Source of the DNA: Ostreococcus lucimarinus
Taxonomy: Eukaryota
DNA length: 64,000 nt
Reading direction: 5' to 3' (one strand)
Assembly (NCBI GenBank): GCA_000092065.1
Contig: CP000584.1
Shown: in pieces, positions 1 through 10,791 of the stretch
Layout of the letters: the number at the start of each line of letters is the position of its first letter
Position numbering within the stretch: the first letter of the stretch is position 1
Program-made: the position numbers and the translations under genes
Notes under the pieces: generated by a model
Database searches by the model: none
Told to the model about the DNA's origin: nothing
What the model saw: only the letters and a program-made list of their open reading frames with translations

Positions 1-80
1 TCAATCGAGTCGTCTTCCGGTCTTTTTGGCCATGCTGCTATGTGATTTTGCAAATCGCTAATCGTTGTCTAGTAAAATAC

Positions 81-1823
81 CTATCGTCGATACCTCGATC
101 TCTTGAAGTTGACGTAGAGGTGGAAGATGCCGCGCTCAAAAGTGCATCGGAATCCTCGCTTGTGGCTGTATTCCCATTCCTTGTTCACGATCTTGAACGC
201 GATATCCTCGTACGGTGGGCCCGCGGTGATTTTGAGCAAACACGTTTCGGCATTTGGCGAACCGTCGGGCTCGATTTTGTAAGAAGGCGCCTTGGTGGTG
301 TCGATGAGGTCCGGGTAGAAGATGTTGAACTTGTACCCCTGCACAATCTTTGGAGGCGGATTTGACGAGTCATAGTGCGTTTGGTTGTACTTGTTCCACG
401 AGTAGCCTGTGTGAACGCGATTGAAATACTTAGGCTTGCGTGGACGATATTTATCGTGCCACCAGTACGCCTGAGATTCCAACGCAACCTCGGCGGAGAA
501 GTTTGCGTCGCCGTCTTCCGTGGCGCCCATCATGCGCTCGACCAAGTCTTTCGCTTTCTTATCCGCTTGCTTTTCGATGTCTTTAAAATCAGTCGTTCCA
601 GTGATCAAATTGGCGAGGACACCAGTGTTGTGATGTGCGCCTCCCGCCTTTTTGAATGCGTTGTAAACATCTTCCTCTGTCTTACCTCGAAGCACCCGGT
701 TCTCAGAGGTCACCTTTTTGAAGCGCGACATGCTCTTGATGCGTTCTTCCTCGCGAAAGCGAGTGAGATTGGCTTCTTCTTGGTCAATGTCGATTATTTC
801 GATCCCATCCTCTACCTCTTGCAATCGCATCGGGGATAAAGAAGGATCAAACTCTGCCAACGCCGTGCGCTCCGGCTCGTCACCCGTGTCGTCCCACTCT
901 CCACCATCGCGAGCATCATCGTCCGCTGTATGCTTTCCAAAGTCATCACCGAGCAAATCATCGTCGTCGTCATCTTCTTCAGCTGGTGCGGCGGTGATAA
1001 GCGATCGTGCCCGACCACCGTCTTCAATTTCTTCGCGCTCAAACTTGACCTTGAGCTCTTTGTGCGTCTCCTCGACAATCGCTCGCTTTTTGGCAAGTTT
1101 AACCCGCTGCAAAACCGCACCCCAGTATTCCACTTCACTCGCATCCGGGCCTTCAATTTGCTCGGAGATCTCACTCTCGAGCTCGGCTAATTCCGACGCA
1201 GATTTGCCGCCAACGATTTCTACGACGTCTTCGTCGATGTCGGCGTGCAAGCCCGTCGCCTCCGCGCGTTCGGACGTTTGCCCTCGCACCCGCGCGAGCT
1301 CGATCTCTGCGTTCTTCCGGTGTTCGTTCATCTCTTCCTCCGTCAACCCGATCAAAGCACTCCAAAATTCTCGCCTTTGCGCATTCTTCGTGTCGAGCTC
1401 GCGCAATTCTTCTAACTCCTTCCTCGTCTCCCCGAGCTCGTGCGCCGTCAACCCTTTCAACACCGTGAGCGGGTTCACGAACGCATCGAACTCGACGTAC
1501 GATTCCGCGAACACATTCCTGGAGATTAAATCGATCGCCTTCGCCCGCCCCTCCTTTATTCGTATGTCCGCTCGCACCTTGGCTTGCCGCAGGTGAAACT
1601 CGTTCTCCTTCTCCTCCAGCGCTTTCGCCTCTCCCTCGGCGCGCGATCGCTTGTGCGCGTCCATGGTCGCCAGCACGCTCGGTTGCCGTCTCGTCCAATC
1701 GCCTCCGTCGTCCGACGTCTTGGACTTGCGCCAATCCTCCGCCGTCGACCCCGCCGTCGACGCCCCGGCGCCGAAACGCGGTCGCCCCGCATCGTTCGCG
1801 GGCGGTGGCGGCACATCCTCCAT
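81..1823 (-). CDS. Cactin (spliceosome-associated protein)
   Basis: ORF 81..1985 (-). Very strong match to the conserved cactin C-terminal domain (YRPRKPKYFNRVHTGY.WNKYNQTHYD, NPPPKIVQGYKFNIFYPDLID) and the cactin mid domain (EFHLRQAKVRADIRIKEGRAKAIDL). The track start is TTG; the first in-frame ATG (MEDVPPPP) is at 1823. The 5' end is uncertain and an upstream exon is possible. Confidence 0.8.
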   Translation of the reverse strand: MEDVPPPPANDAGRPRFGAGASTAGSTAEDWRKSKTSDDGGDWTRRQPSVLATMDAHKRSRAEGEAKALEEKENEFHLRQAKVRADIRIKEGRAKAIDLISRNVFAESYVEFDAFVNPLTVLKGLTAHELGETRKELEELRELDTKNAQRREFWSALIGLTEEEMNEHRKNAEIELARVRGQTSERAEATGLHADIDEDVVEIVGGKSASELAELESEISEQIEGPDASEVEYWGAVLQRVKLAKKRAIVEETHKELKVKFEREEIEDGGRARSLITAAPAEEDDDDDDLLGDDFGKHTADDDARDGGEWDDTGDEPERTALAEFDPSLSPMRLQEVEDGIEIIDIDQEEANLTRFREEERIKSMSRFKKVTSENRVLRGKTEEDVYNAFKKAGGAHHNTGVLANLITGTTDFKDIEKQADKKAKDLVERMMGATEDGDANFSAEVALESQAYWWHDKYRPRKPKYFNRVHTGYSWNKYNQTHYDSSNPPPKIVQGYKFNIFYPDLIDTTKAPSYKIEPDGSPNAETCLLKITAGPPYEDIAFKIVNKEWEYSHKRGFRCTFERGIFHLYVNFKRSRYRR

Positions 1824-2119
1824 GCGGCCGACGCGCCACGGGCGCGCGCGGGCTCTGGCTCGGCGCGGGGTCGCGGGGTCGTTGTCGTTGTCGTCGTTTG
1901 TTTCTTTTCTTTTCTCCGCCCCGACCCGGCGGTTTCGTCGCGCGCGCGCGGAGTCCGGGACGCCCAGACGTCGCGCGCGACGCAATCACGTCGCCCCGCC
2001 GCGCGGCGGTCGGGCGGTCGGGCTTTGAACACCCTCCGCGCGCGGGTCGGCACGTCGTCGCGCGTCGCGTCGGCGCGCGAAGTCGGCGCGAAGTCAGCGC
2101 GCGTCTCGCGACGAAACCG

Positions 2120-2166
2120 ATGGCGAGGGAAAGGACGCCGACGCGACGGACGCGACGGACGCGACG

Positions 2167-2208
<42 letters not shown>

Positions 2209-3793
2209 AAGGCGGACGCGATGGGCGGCGTGCGGGGCGATCGGGATTTTGACGTTTTTGACGACGCTCTTGGGGGCGAACGGAGAGCCGGAGTGCCAAG
2301 AACGAAGCGAAACGCGCGCGGTGGACGTAGAACTCGACACCGGGGCGTGGCAAACGATCGTCACGGGAGGGCTTGCGCTGTTCGGGGGGGACGTGGAGGC
2401 GAACGCGACGCTCGGGCCGTGGACGATTGGGGGGGCGAGCGCGGACGCCTACGGATGCGCGATCGGTAGCGTGGGAGACGATTTCACGGGTAAAGATGTC
2501 TTGGTCGTGAAGCGAGGGGAGTGTGAGTTCTACGAGAAGGCTAGGGTGGCGCAAGACGTCGGAGCAAAGGCGGTCTTTGTGGTGAGCGATGGGGAAGACT
2601 TCACCGCGATGACGTGCAACGAGGATCAGAAACTGGATGTCGTGACCGTTTTAGTGACGGGAACGACTGGACAGGCGATCCTCGATGCCACCACGGAAGT
2701 GGGCGCGACGATTACGATCGCACGCTCCGACGCACTGCCGAGACAGTTTGATTTCTTGGCCTCTGCGGCTCTCGTTGCGTTGGCCCTCGCTACCATCGCC
2801 CTCGGTGGAAGGTGGTCGTTGAAGGACAAACGAGCCGTCGTGAGCTCAAAACGTGATGATGATGACATCGACGATAGTAGTGACGGAGGAGAAGCCCATG
2901 AGGGCATCGAGATAAACGAGTACAGCGCGTTTTGGTTCGTCATCATGGCGTCAGCGGTCTTACTCATCTTGTTTTATTCCATGCAACATTGGGTATTCGT
3001 GGTGATGAGACTGGTGTTTTCTTTCGCTTCCTTCCAAGGATTGTACGTGATATGTTTCGAGGCGTTGATGTCGAGACGAAAGTCGACCTCGAGGGATTCA
3101 AGAGTGCTGTTGCCCATCGTCGGCTCAGTTCACCTTTTGGCCATTCCGGCGGCTGTATTCGCTGGCTTAATCGTTGCCACGTGGCTTATATTCCGGCAAG
3201 CCACGTGGGCTTGGATGTTGCAGGATATCATGGGTTTGTCATTCTTGGTAAACGTGTTGCGTTTGGTGCATCTGCCCAACTTCAAGGTGGCCACCATACT
3301 TTTATGTTGCGCGATGTTGTACGACATCTTCTGGGTCTACGTTCAGCCACATTTGTTCGGTAAGAAGAGCGTGATGGTCGCCGTTGCGCGCGGCGGAGAT
3401 GAAGGTGAAAGTTTACCGATGCTATTTTTATTCCCGAGAGCTTCAAGTCCAGGGGATTTCTCCATGCTGGGGTACGGCGACGTCATCCTTCCCGGTTTAC
3501 TCATCGTGCACAACTTGTTGTTTGACAACAGAAAGCGCAATTTTTCGGATACCAGGTACTATTACTTCTTCTGGAGTATGGTTGCATACGTTGTCGGGAT
3601 GTGCTTGACGTTCACGGCGCTTTATTTTGAGGTTGGAGGCCAAGGTGGACAACCAGCGTTGACGTATTTAGTTCCCACCGTCGTCGGGACGACGGGAATT
3701 TTAGCGTGGAAGCACGACGATTTATCAGACATGTGGTACGGTGTCGACGATGATTACTCGGCATTACCATCGGAGTCCCAATCTATATTGTAA
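2120..3793 (+). CDS. Signal peptide peptidase-like protein (SPPL2-type, PA domain, presenilin-family aspartyl protease)
   Basis: Within ORF 1805..3793; first ATG at 2120 (aa 106 of the track ORF). Signal peptide WAACGAIGILTFLTTLLGANG, a PA domain, multiple TM helices, presenilin-family catalytic motifs YDIFWVY and LGYGDVILPGL, and a QPALTYLVP (PAL) motif. Confidence 0.8.
2140..2210. repeat. (GACGCGACG)3 + (ACG)~13 coding microsatellite
   Basis: Direct reading of 2143-2207: gacgcgacg x3 followed by acg x13. It encodes poly-Thr(13) in the SPPL N-terminus and lies in the shared divergent cactin/SPPL 5' region. Confidence 0.85.
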
Positions 3794-3923
3794 AAAGTAA
3801 GATACACGTAGTTGCGTAGAAACAACCGCACCACTCCACGCGCTCGTGAACGCCTCTCGCGCAGAGAACCTGCATTGTGCCGCTCGTTCGTGCCGTAACC
3901 GGGATCTCGCGCGGTAATGCGTG

Positions 3924-4265
3924 ATGAATAGAGACAAAGCGCGACAAGGTCTTAGAGCACCGACTCTGGGCGGTGCGACGAAAGAAGATACCCCCATTGC
4001 GCGTCGCGTCGCGTTCCTCCGCGAAGCCGCCCAAGCGTACGTCGAAGACATTCCCGAATTGTCGGCGTGGTTGAGCATGTCAGCGACTACTTTAGCGCGA
4101 GAAAACGAGCTATCGCGAACGCAAATAAACGCATACGGGTCTTGTCCAGCGTGTGGCTTACCCAAAGACTCTGAAGAGATCAGTTGTCGACTGTGTGGTT
4201 CTCTGCTGAAGAAGAAACAACGCCGTGCGACCAAGGATAGTAGACGAGCGCACGGGAGTAGTTAA
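3924..4265 (+). CDS. Small zinc-ribbon protein, tentatively Rpr2/Rpp21-like (RNase P protein subunit family)
   Basis: ORF 3921..4265 (GTG then ATG at 3924). N-terminal RVAFLREAAQAYV resembles the Rpp21 RLNFLLQAA motif; C-terminal CPAC...CRLCGSLLKKK resembles the Rpp21 zinc ribbon (LCRGCSSLLVPG). It sits in the gap between the SPPL and galactokinase 3' ends. The family call is tentative. Confidence 0.35.
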   Translation: MNRDKARQGLRAPTLGGATKEDTPIARRVAFLREAAQAYVEDIPELSAWLSMSATTLARENELSRTQINAYGSCPACGLPKDSEEISCRLCGSLLKKKQRRATKDSRRAHGSS

Positions 4266-4349
4266 AGTACTTGTTTAGGGACATATGTATGAAAAGTAGA
4301 CGATGCATAGTATCACATATTTCATGTTCGGCACGTATCAAATACCGAT

Positions 4350-5816
4350 CTAAGCGAACGAAACGCCTTTCAAAATTGCCGCACCAGAGCTGGGCAGCGT
4401 TGCGAAGAGCGTCGTCGCCATATTGTCAGCAGAAATAAGGCCCGCAGCGATGCGAGAAGAGTAGAAAGACTCGTGCACCGCTTTCAGAACACTCTCTACC
4501 GCATCCTTGGCGACAATTGCTACGGCACAACCGCCCCAACCAGCACCAGTAAGACGCGCGCCCAGAGCACCCGCCGCTCTAAATGCATCCACGAGTTCAT
4601 CCAGCTCCGCGCAAGAGCACTCGTACAGGGCTCTACAAGATTCGTGGCTACCATTCATGTACACGCCCAGCTCCGTTGGGTCGACCTTCATCGCGCACGC
4701 CGCAGCGAACAAGTGCACACGACCGGCCTCGGAGTAGACGTGCAACGTCCGCGCCAGAAGCTTATATCCCTTCTCGTTGTGACTCAAGACCAACTTCGAC
4801 GCTGGTGAAGAGAAGACGTCCATGAATGCTTCTACTCCTATGAGTTCTTCAATCTCTCTTGCATCGTAGTATCCCTCGTGCAAATGTTCCTCGGCCGCAG
4901 CCTTAGCGGCAGACATGGAGCCGACAAAGTCTTCGATTTCCTTGAGCGTCTCTATTTTTGACGCTTCTTCCGCGTTCATACCTAGCTTTAAACCTAAAAT
5001 AATCGCCGCAAGACGGCACTCTACGACGCGCAAATTATAGCGCTCGTGTGCGGTCTCCGCTTTGTTGCTCACTGCGAGGCAGTTGCCTATGATGAACGCC
5101 GCTTCCTCCGGAAGGTTGACGTCGTTGGTGCTTATGGGATTGAAATCGACCAATTTTGCCACACCAGCTTCGCCCATGATGGAAATAGCTTGATCCATAC
5201 CCCCCGACTGCGTTCCTGAGTATCGTTCGCACTTGCACGTGAAGTCAGCAATTTCACCTTGAGTGAAATTCAATCCTAGCGCGTGCATCACCGCCACCGC
5301 CACGGCGCAGCACAACGCCGAGGACGAACTCAAACCGCTTCCAGTGGGTACCGTGCCGTCGACGATGATGTCCAACCCAACGGGGGCGGGTGATGCCTTA
5401 TCGCTCTCTTTCAAGAAATCGAACACCCCCTTGTAGCCGCACATGACGTAATTCGTCCAGTGCAAAGACGCCGCGTCCACGTCTTGTTCGGGCGAGCTCT
5501 CGAATGTCTTCGGCGTGTACTTTTCGTTCGTGTTCCCGACCGCGATCTTCCCCGAACTCGCATTCACGGAGATGGCGACGATAGTGTCGAGCCCGATCGC
5601 CATCGGCAGCACGGAGTACCCCTCGTAATCGATGTGTTCGCCGATTAAATTCACTCGTCCCGGCGACCTCGCGAACGCGTCCGGCTCGCGTCCGTACGCC
5701 TTCACGAACGCATCGCGCACCGTCGCGTACCGCGCGCGCGTGTGCGTCTCCAGCGACGCGGCGTCATATATCTCTTCTAACGAGCTCACCACTCGCACCT
5801 CATCATCCGTCCCCAT
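4350..5816 (-). CDS. Galactokinase-family GHMP sugar kinase
   Basis: Galactokinase signature PGRVNLIGEHIDYEGY near the N-terminus, a GHMP ATP-binding region GSGLSSSSALCCAVAVA, and a 488 aa length. ATG at 5816 confirmed (cat at 5814-5816). Confidence 0.8.
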   Translation of the reverse strand: MGTDDEVRVVSSLEEIYDAASLETHTRARYATVRDAFVKAYGREPDAFARSPGRVNLIGEHIDYEGYSVLPMAIGLDTIVAISVNASSGKIAVGNTNEKYTPKTFESSPEQDVDAASLHWTNYVMCGYKGVFDFLKESDKASPAPVGLDIIVDGTVPTGSGLSSSSALCCAVAVAVMHALGLNFTQGEIADFTCKCERYSGTQSGGMDQAISIMGEAGVAKLVDFNPISTNDVNLPEEAAFIIGNCLAVSNKAETAHERYNLRVVECRLAAIILGLKLGMNAEEASKIETLKEIEDFVGSMSAAKAAAEEHLHEGYYDAREIEELIGVEAFMDVFSSPASKLVLSHNEKGYKLLARTLHVYSEAGRVHLFAAACAMKVDPTELGVYMNGSHESCRALYECSCAELDELVDAFRAAGALGARLTGAGWGGCAVAIVAKDAVESVLKAVHESFYSSRIAAGLISADNMATTLFATLPSSGAAILKGVSFA

Positions 5817-6467
5817 GCTCGCCGTCTCGCGCGCGCGATTGCGACGGCACGCGGCGCGTCGCGCGCGCTCGGCGCCAACGCGTCCGTCGCGCGCGGTGCC
5901 GTTTTCATTTTTACGTTTGCCGCGTCGGCTGTTTTTTACGCATTCAACGACACGATACCGCCATCAAGCGCACACCAGGGTTCAACCTCGCCCCTCCAGA
6001 TGCGCTGAAAATCCCGCGTCGCCGTCTTCGAATGCCGACCGCCGACCGAGGCGCGGGCGAAACGAGTGACGGAGGACGTTCGAGGCGACGCGACGCGACG
6101 CGACCGCGCGCGCCGCACAGTTGCTCGCACGACCGCGTCGGGCGCACGGAGCGAAGCGATCTGACGCGTGAACGACGAACGCGTCGACGAACGCGAACGG
6201 CGCGAGCGCGGACGATCGAGCGCGAGCGCGATCGTCGTCGAAGCGCGCGCGAATTCGCGCTTGGAACGACTGGATCCCACGCTCGAGCGATCTTGGGGGG
6301 ATTTAAGGCGCGAGTTTGAGGCGCTTTAGGACGCAAATTCACAGCGTCACGGAGGAGGTCGATATCGGTCACGTCGCATCGCGCGCGTTCGCATCGCACG
6401 TCAGTCGCGACCGAACACGGACGTCGGATCGTCAACCGCACATCATCTTGATTTCGGCTCGGCGACC

Positions 6468-7235
6468 ATGGCGAAGAGTGCCGAGGTCGTTCTATCCGCT
6501 CTCGATGAGTCCATCAAGACGGCTAGCGTGAGCGAATTGGCGAAAATGGGCATCACAATCGAGGGTCTGAGCGATGATATGGACGCGAAGGAGCGTGAGA
6601 AACTGTTGAGGATGTACCGACGCAAGATCGCGAATCGCGAGTCTGCCAAGCGTTCAAAGATTAGGAAGAAGGCTGAGGACGCAAAACTGCTCTCCGCCGC
6701 AGAGACTCTGCTGCAGGACAGTGCCAGCATGCGTAAAACGATCACGGACTTGCAGAAGAAGGTCGACACATTGTACGCCGAAAACGTCAAGCTTCGGATG
6801 AAATTGGGCGAGAAAGTTTCGGAAGACACCGGGCCTTCGATGAAACCGGTCAACCTGCCTCCTGAAGTGGAACCACCGAGTCTGGTCATGAAAGAAGCTC
6901 GAAAGAAAAAGCGGGGCATGCTCAAATCAATGTCTGATTCGTCCATCGCCACTACTTTTGAAGAAGAGACTCGCGCTTTGCCCATAGAAGAACCTTCAAA
7001 AGTGACGAAGCGCGCCAAAGGCAAGCGTGCCACCATCAACGAGCCCAACCCTCTATTGACGCAAGACCAACTTAATTACCTCAACCACCCAGATGACTCT
7101 GGATATGTTCTTCAAAGCTTCTTGATGAATGATTCCAATCGTCCTGGAACTGACTCTCCTTTTTTCACAGACAACTATGCGATGTACGACTTTCAAGACG
7201 GCGAAGTTGTCGATGACGGTGTTCCTTTCTTCTGA
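6468..7235 (+). CDS. bZIP transcription factor
   Basis: Basic region REKLLRMYRRKIANRESAKRSKIRKK followed by a heptad leucine zipper (L..L..L) and an acidic C-terminus. ATG at 6468. Confidence 0.65.
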   Translation: MAKSAEVVLSALDESIKTASVSELAKMGITIEGLSDDMDAKEREKLLRMYRRKIANRESAKRSKIRKKAEDAKLLSAAETLLQDSASMRKTITDLQKKVDTLYAENVKLRMKLGEKVSEDTGPSMKPVNLPPEVEPPSLVMKEARKKKRGMLKSMSDSSIATTFEEETRALPIEEPSKVTKRAKGKRATINEPNPLLTQDQLNYLNHPDDSGYVLQSFLMNDSNRPGTDSPFFTDNYAMYDFQDGEVVDDGVPFF

Positions 7236-7685
7236 CGATTGATGAACGAAGACTTCCATCATTCCATGTTATTTCCACGTTTCTGTAAAAAACTACGGGG
7301 AATTCGTCAAATATTCTGAACAAGAGAGAGATTCTGACGCCCCGTGGCAATAAATCTGCTTTGTAAACTAAAACAGTGCACGCCAAAAAATCAAGAGCTC
7401 ACTCGCGTAATTTTTTTTCTTGTCTTTCATAATTTTACATGGCACTACAGGTAAGTGCTAATCCCTCACCGGCTGGGTGGTTCTCGCGCATCCCTCGCCT
7501 CCTTGCATGTCGATACGTATCCCTCGCGCGCGCTTTCGCGTGCGCAAGTGAAAAGGTGTTGACAGGGACCCTGCGCTCGGCGATATGCGGGAGTTGCGCA
7601 CTTTGTGTGTGTATGTTCATTCACAAATTATTTATACTAGATGCGATCGTTCGGGATAAAGACAAGAGACTAAAGTGTGACGGAT

Positions 7686-9257
<1,572 letters not shown>

Positions 9258-9630
9258 TTAGTGCGCGTCTCTGCGACTCGCGTTCGCGGGTTTCTCTCCG
9301 CGCTCGCGCGCAGACGTTGACAAACTCTCCGCTCGCGTGTACGCGCGCGTTGTTCGTGACGCACGGAGCGCGCGTCGACGTGTGCGCCACGATTCGCGCG
9401 CGCCGCCCTAGCCACCCTCGCGCCAGACGAGCCGAGCCGCTGACGCGACATCGCGCGATTAGGGTTGTTCGGCGCGCGGTCGATCTTTTTTTATCGCGAG
9501 TTCGGTGATTTCCATTCGACGGCGTTCGAACGCCGTCGAATGCGTCGTTCGACCGCGAAAATGGAAATCGCCGTCCGAGCGCGGTCGCGAACGTCACGTC
9601 ACCGCACTCGCGCGCGCGGGAACGCGAACG

Positions 9631-9948
9631 ATGTTGACGGTGACGATGAAGACGGCGACGATGCAGACGACGCGAGCGGTGGTGAAACGTGACACCACTC
9701 GTGCTCGCGGTGTCGCGCGAGTGACGAAACGAGGGCGCGACGGCGTGCGCGCGCGGGCGACGCAAGACGGTAAGAACGGGCCGAAGAAGCTCACGAGGGA
9801 GAATGAAAAGGAGGCGTGGTTGAGCGAGATGGAGCGCGAGGGGGCGAATCCGTTGAAGGATCCCATGGCGTTGATTGGGATCGGTGGAATCATGGTGCCG
9901 TTTATCATCTTGGCCATCGCCTCCGCGGCGGGTTTCATCGGGCAGTGA
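9631..9948 (+). CDS. Small presequence-bearing protein with a single C-terminal transmembrane helix (function unknown)
   Basis: Within ORF 9505..9948; ATG at 9631 (MLTVTMKTATMQTTRAVVKRDTTRARG, transit-peptide-like: S/T/R/A-rich, no acidic residues). C-terminal hydrophobic helix LIGIGGIMVPFIILAIASAAGFIGQ. No confident family match. Confidence 0.4.
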   Translation: MLTVTMKTATMQTTRAVVKRDTTRARGVARVTKRGRDGVRARATQDGKNGPKKLTRENEKEAWLSEMEREGANPLKDPMALIGIGGIMVPFIILAIASAAGFIGQ

Positions 9949-10071
9949 GCGAAACGAGAGAGGGTGGATAGAGTGCAAGAGCGAGCGCGTTGTTTTCAAA
10001 CTTGATGTGATACGTACAATTTTTATATTATTATTGATCCGAAGGATGCGATCGCGCGGTACAATTTGGTT

Positions 10072-10623
10072 TTACACGAGGGATGTCTTCGTATCCTCGG
10101 TCTCTGGGGTGAAATCATTCAGGCTTTCAAGCCAGGCGTGGAATTCGAGCGAACCGCGACGCTCAGTCGGCGTCGCGCGTGTCTCCGTTTCTGGCTTCTT
10201 TTTCTCGCCACGTTCACGCGAACGCGCGCTGTCGCCCGCTACTGATACAGTGCATATTGATTCATTTCTGTCGTCGTCGTCGAGGATGATATCGAACAAA
10301 TCAACATCCAAGTAACGGTCGTCGTTCGCGGGCGCCAAGGCGACGTCGTCCCAGCGCGTCGCCAACAGAACCTCTTCGGGAGCGATCCAGTCCACGAACG
10401 CGCGCTCGAGCTCTAACTGTGCGGATAAATCACAATTTTCATCCGCGCGCGCTGGCTCCCCACCCATCGCGTCTTCAAGTCGCTCGTCGTCGCCCCCCGC
10501 CCCTCGTCGCTCGCTCTCCGCGCCAGCCTCCGTCGCGTCCGCGGCGCCTTCAAACATCTCGCTCACGAGGAACTTGGCGCACGCCGCGTTCACGCCCTTT
10601 AATTTCCCATCTCGTTTTCCCAT
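10072..10623 (-). CDS. Candidate hypothetical acidic protein (183 aa)
   Basis: C-terminal part of track ORF 10072..11286 (-), downstream of the eRF3 start. Internal ATG at 10623 (MGKRDGKLKG...). Composition is mixed (W, F, Y, I, L, D, E; e.g. ELERAFVDWIAPEEVLLATRWDDVALAPANDDRYLDVDLFDIIL) rather than the Arg/Ala/Gly pattern typical of spurious ORFs here. It would be divergent from eRF3 with a 168 bp spacer. No homolog recognised. Confidence 0.25.
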   Translation of the reverse strand: MGKRDGKLKGVNAACAKFLVSEMFEGAADATEAGAESERRGAGGDDERLEDAMGGEPARADENCDLSAQLELERAFVDWIAPEEVLLATRWDDVALAPANDDRYLDVDLFDIILDDDDRNESICTVSVAGDSARSRERGEKKKPETETRATPTERRGSLEFHAWLESLNDFTPETEDTKTSLV

Positions 10624-10791
10624 CGCTTCGCCCTCGTCGCCCTCGTCGTCGCGTCCGCGCGTGCGGTCGGCGCGTCGAATTGGTTTACAAAAAATATCAT
10701 CGCGTAACGACGAAAAACGCACGCCCTTCGCGCACGCCACCAATTCGCGCCGTGACGCCGCGATCCGCGCGTCGCCCCGCACTCGGCGACG

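Noticed and set aside
1171-2554. Long Arg/Gly/Ala-rich ORFs (1171..2364 -, 1556..2554 -, 1584..2252 +) over the cactin/SPPL 5' region. Similar long ORFs lie antisense to real genes throughout: 10599..11339, 28586..29644, 45178..46314, 45578..46711, 50718..51680, 51568..52779, 54849..56366, 55898..56986, 59221..60348.
   Set aside because: GC-rich DNA (about 64%) is stop-codon poor, so every strand shows long ORFs. These are low-complexity R/A/G/P-rich, lack any domain signature, frequently start at GTG/TTG in the track, and overlap well-supported genes on the other strand or frame.
7255-7440. AT-rich islands at convergent gene ends (7255-7440, 26040-26100, 32300-32360, 60240-60365) considered as possible tRNA/ncRNA genes or mobile-element remnants.
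   Set aside because: They are short (60-190 bp), lack tRNA cloverleaf complementarity on inspection, and sit exactly where 3' UTR and polyadenylation signals are expected between convergent genes (TGTAA-like motifs present). They are best explained as 3' UTR/terminator regions.
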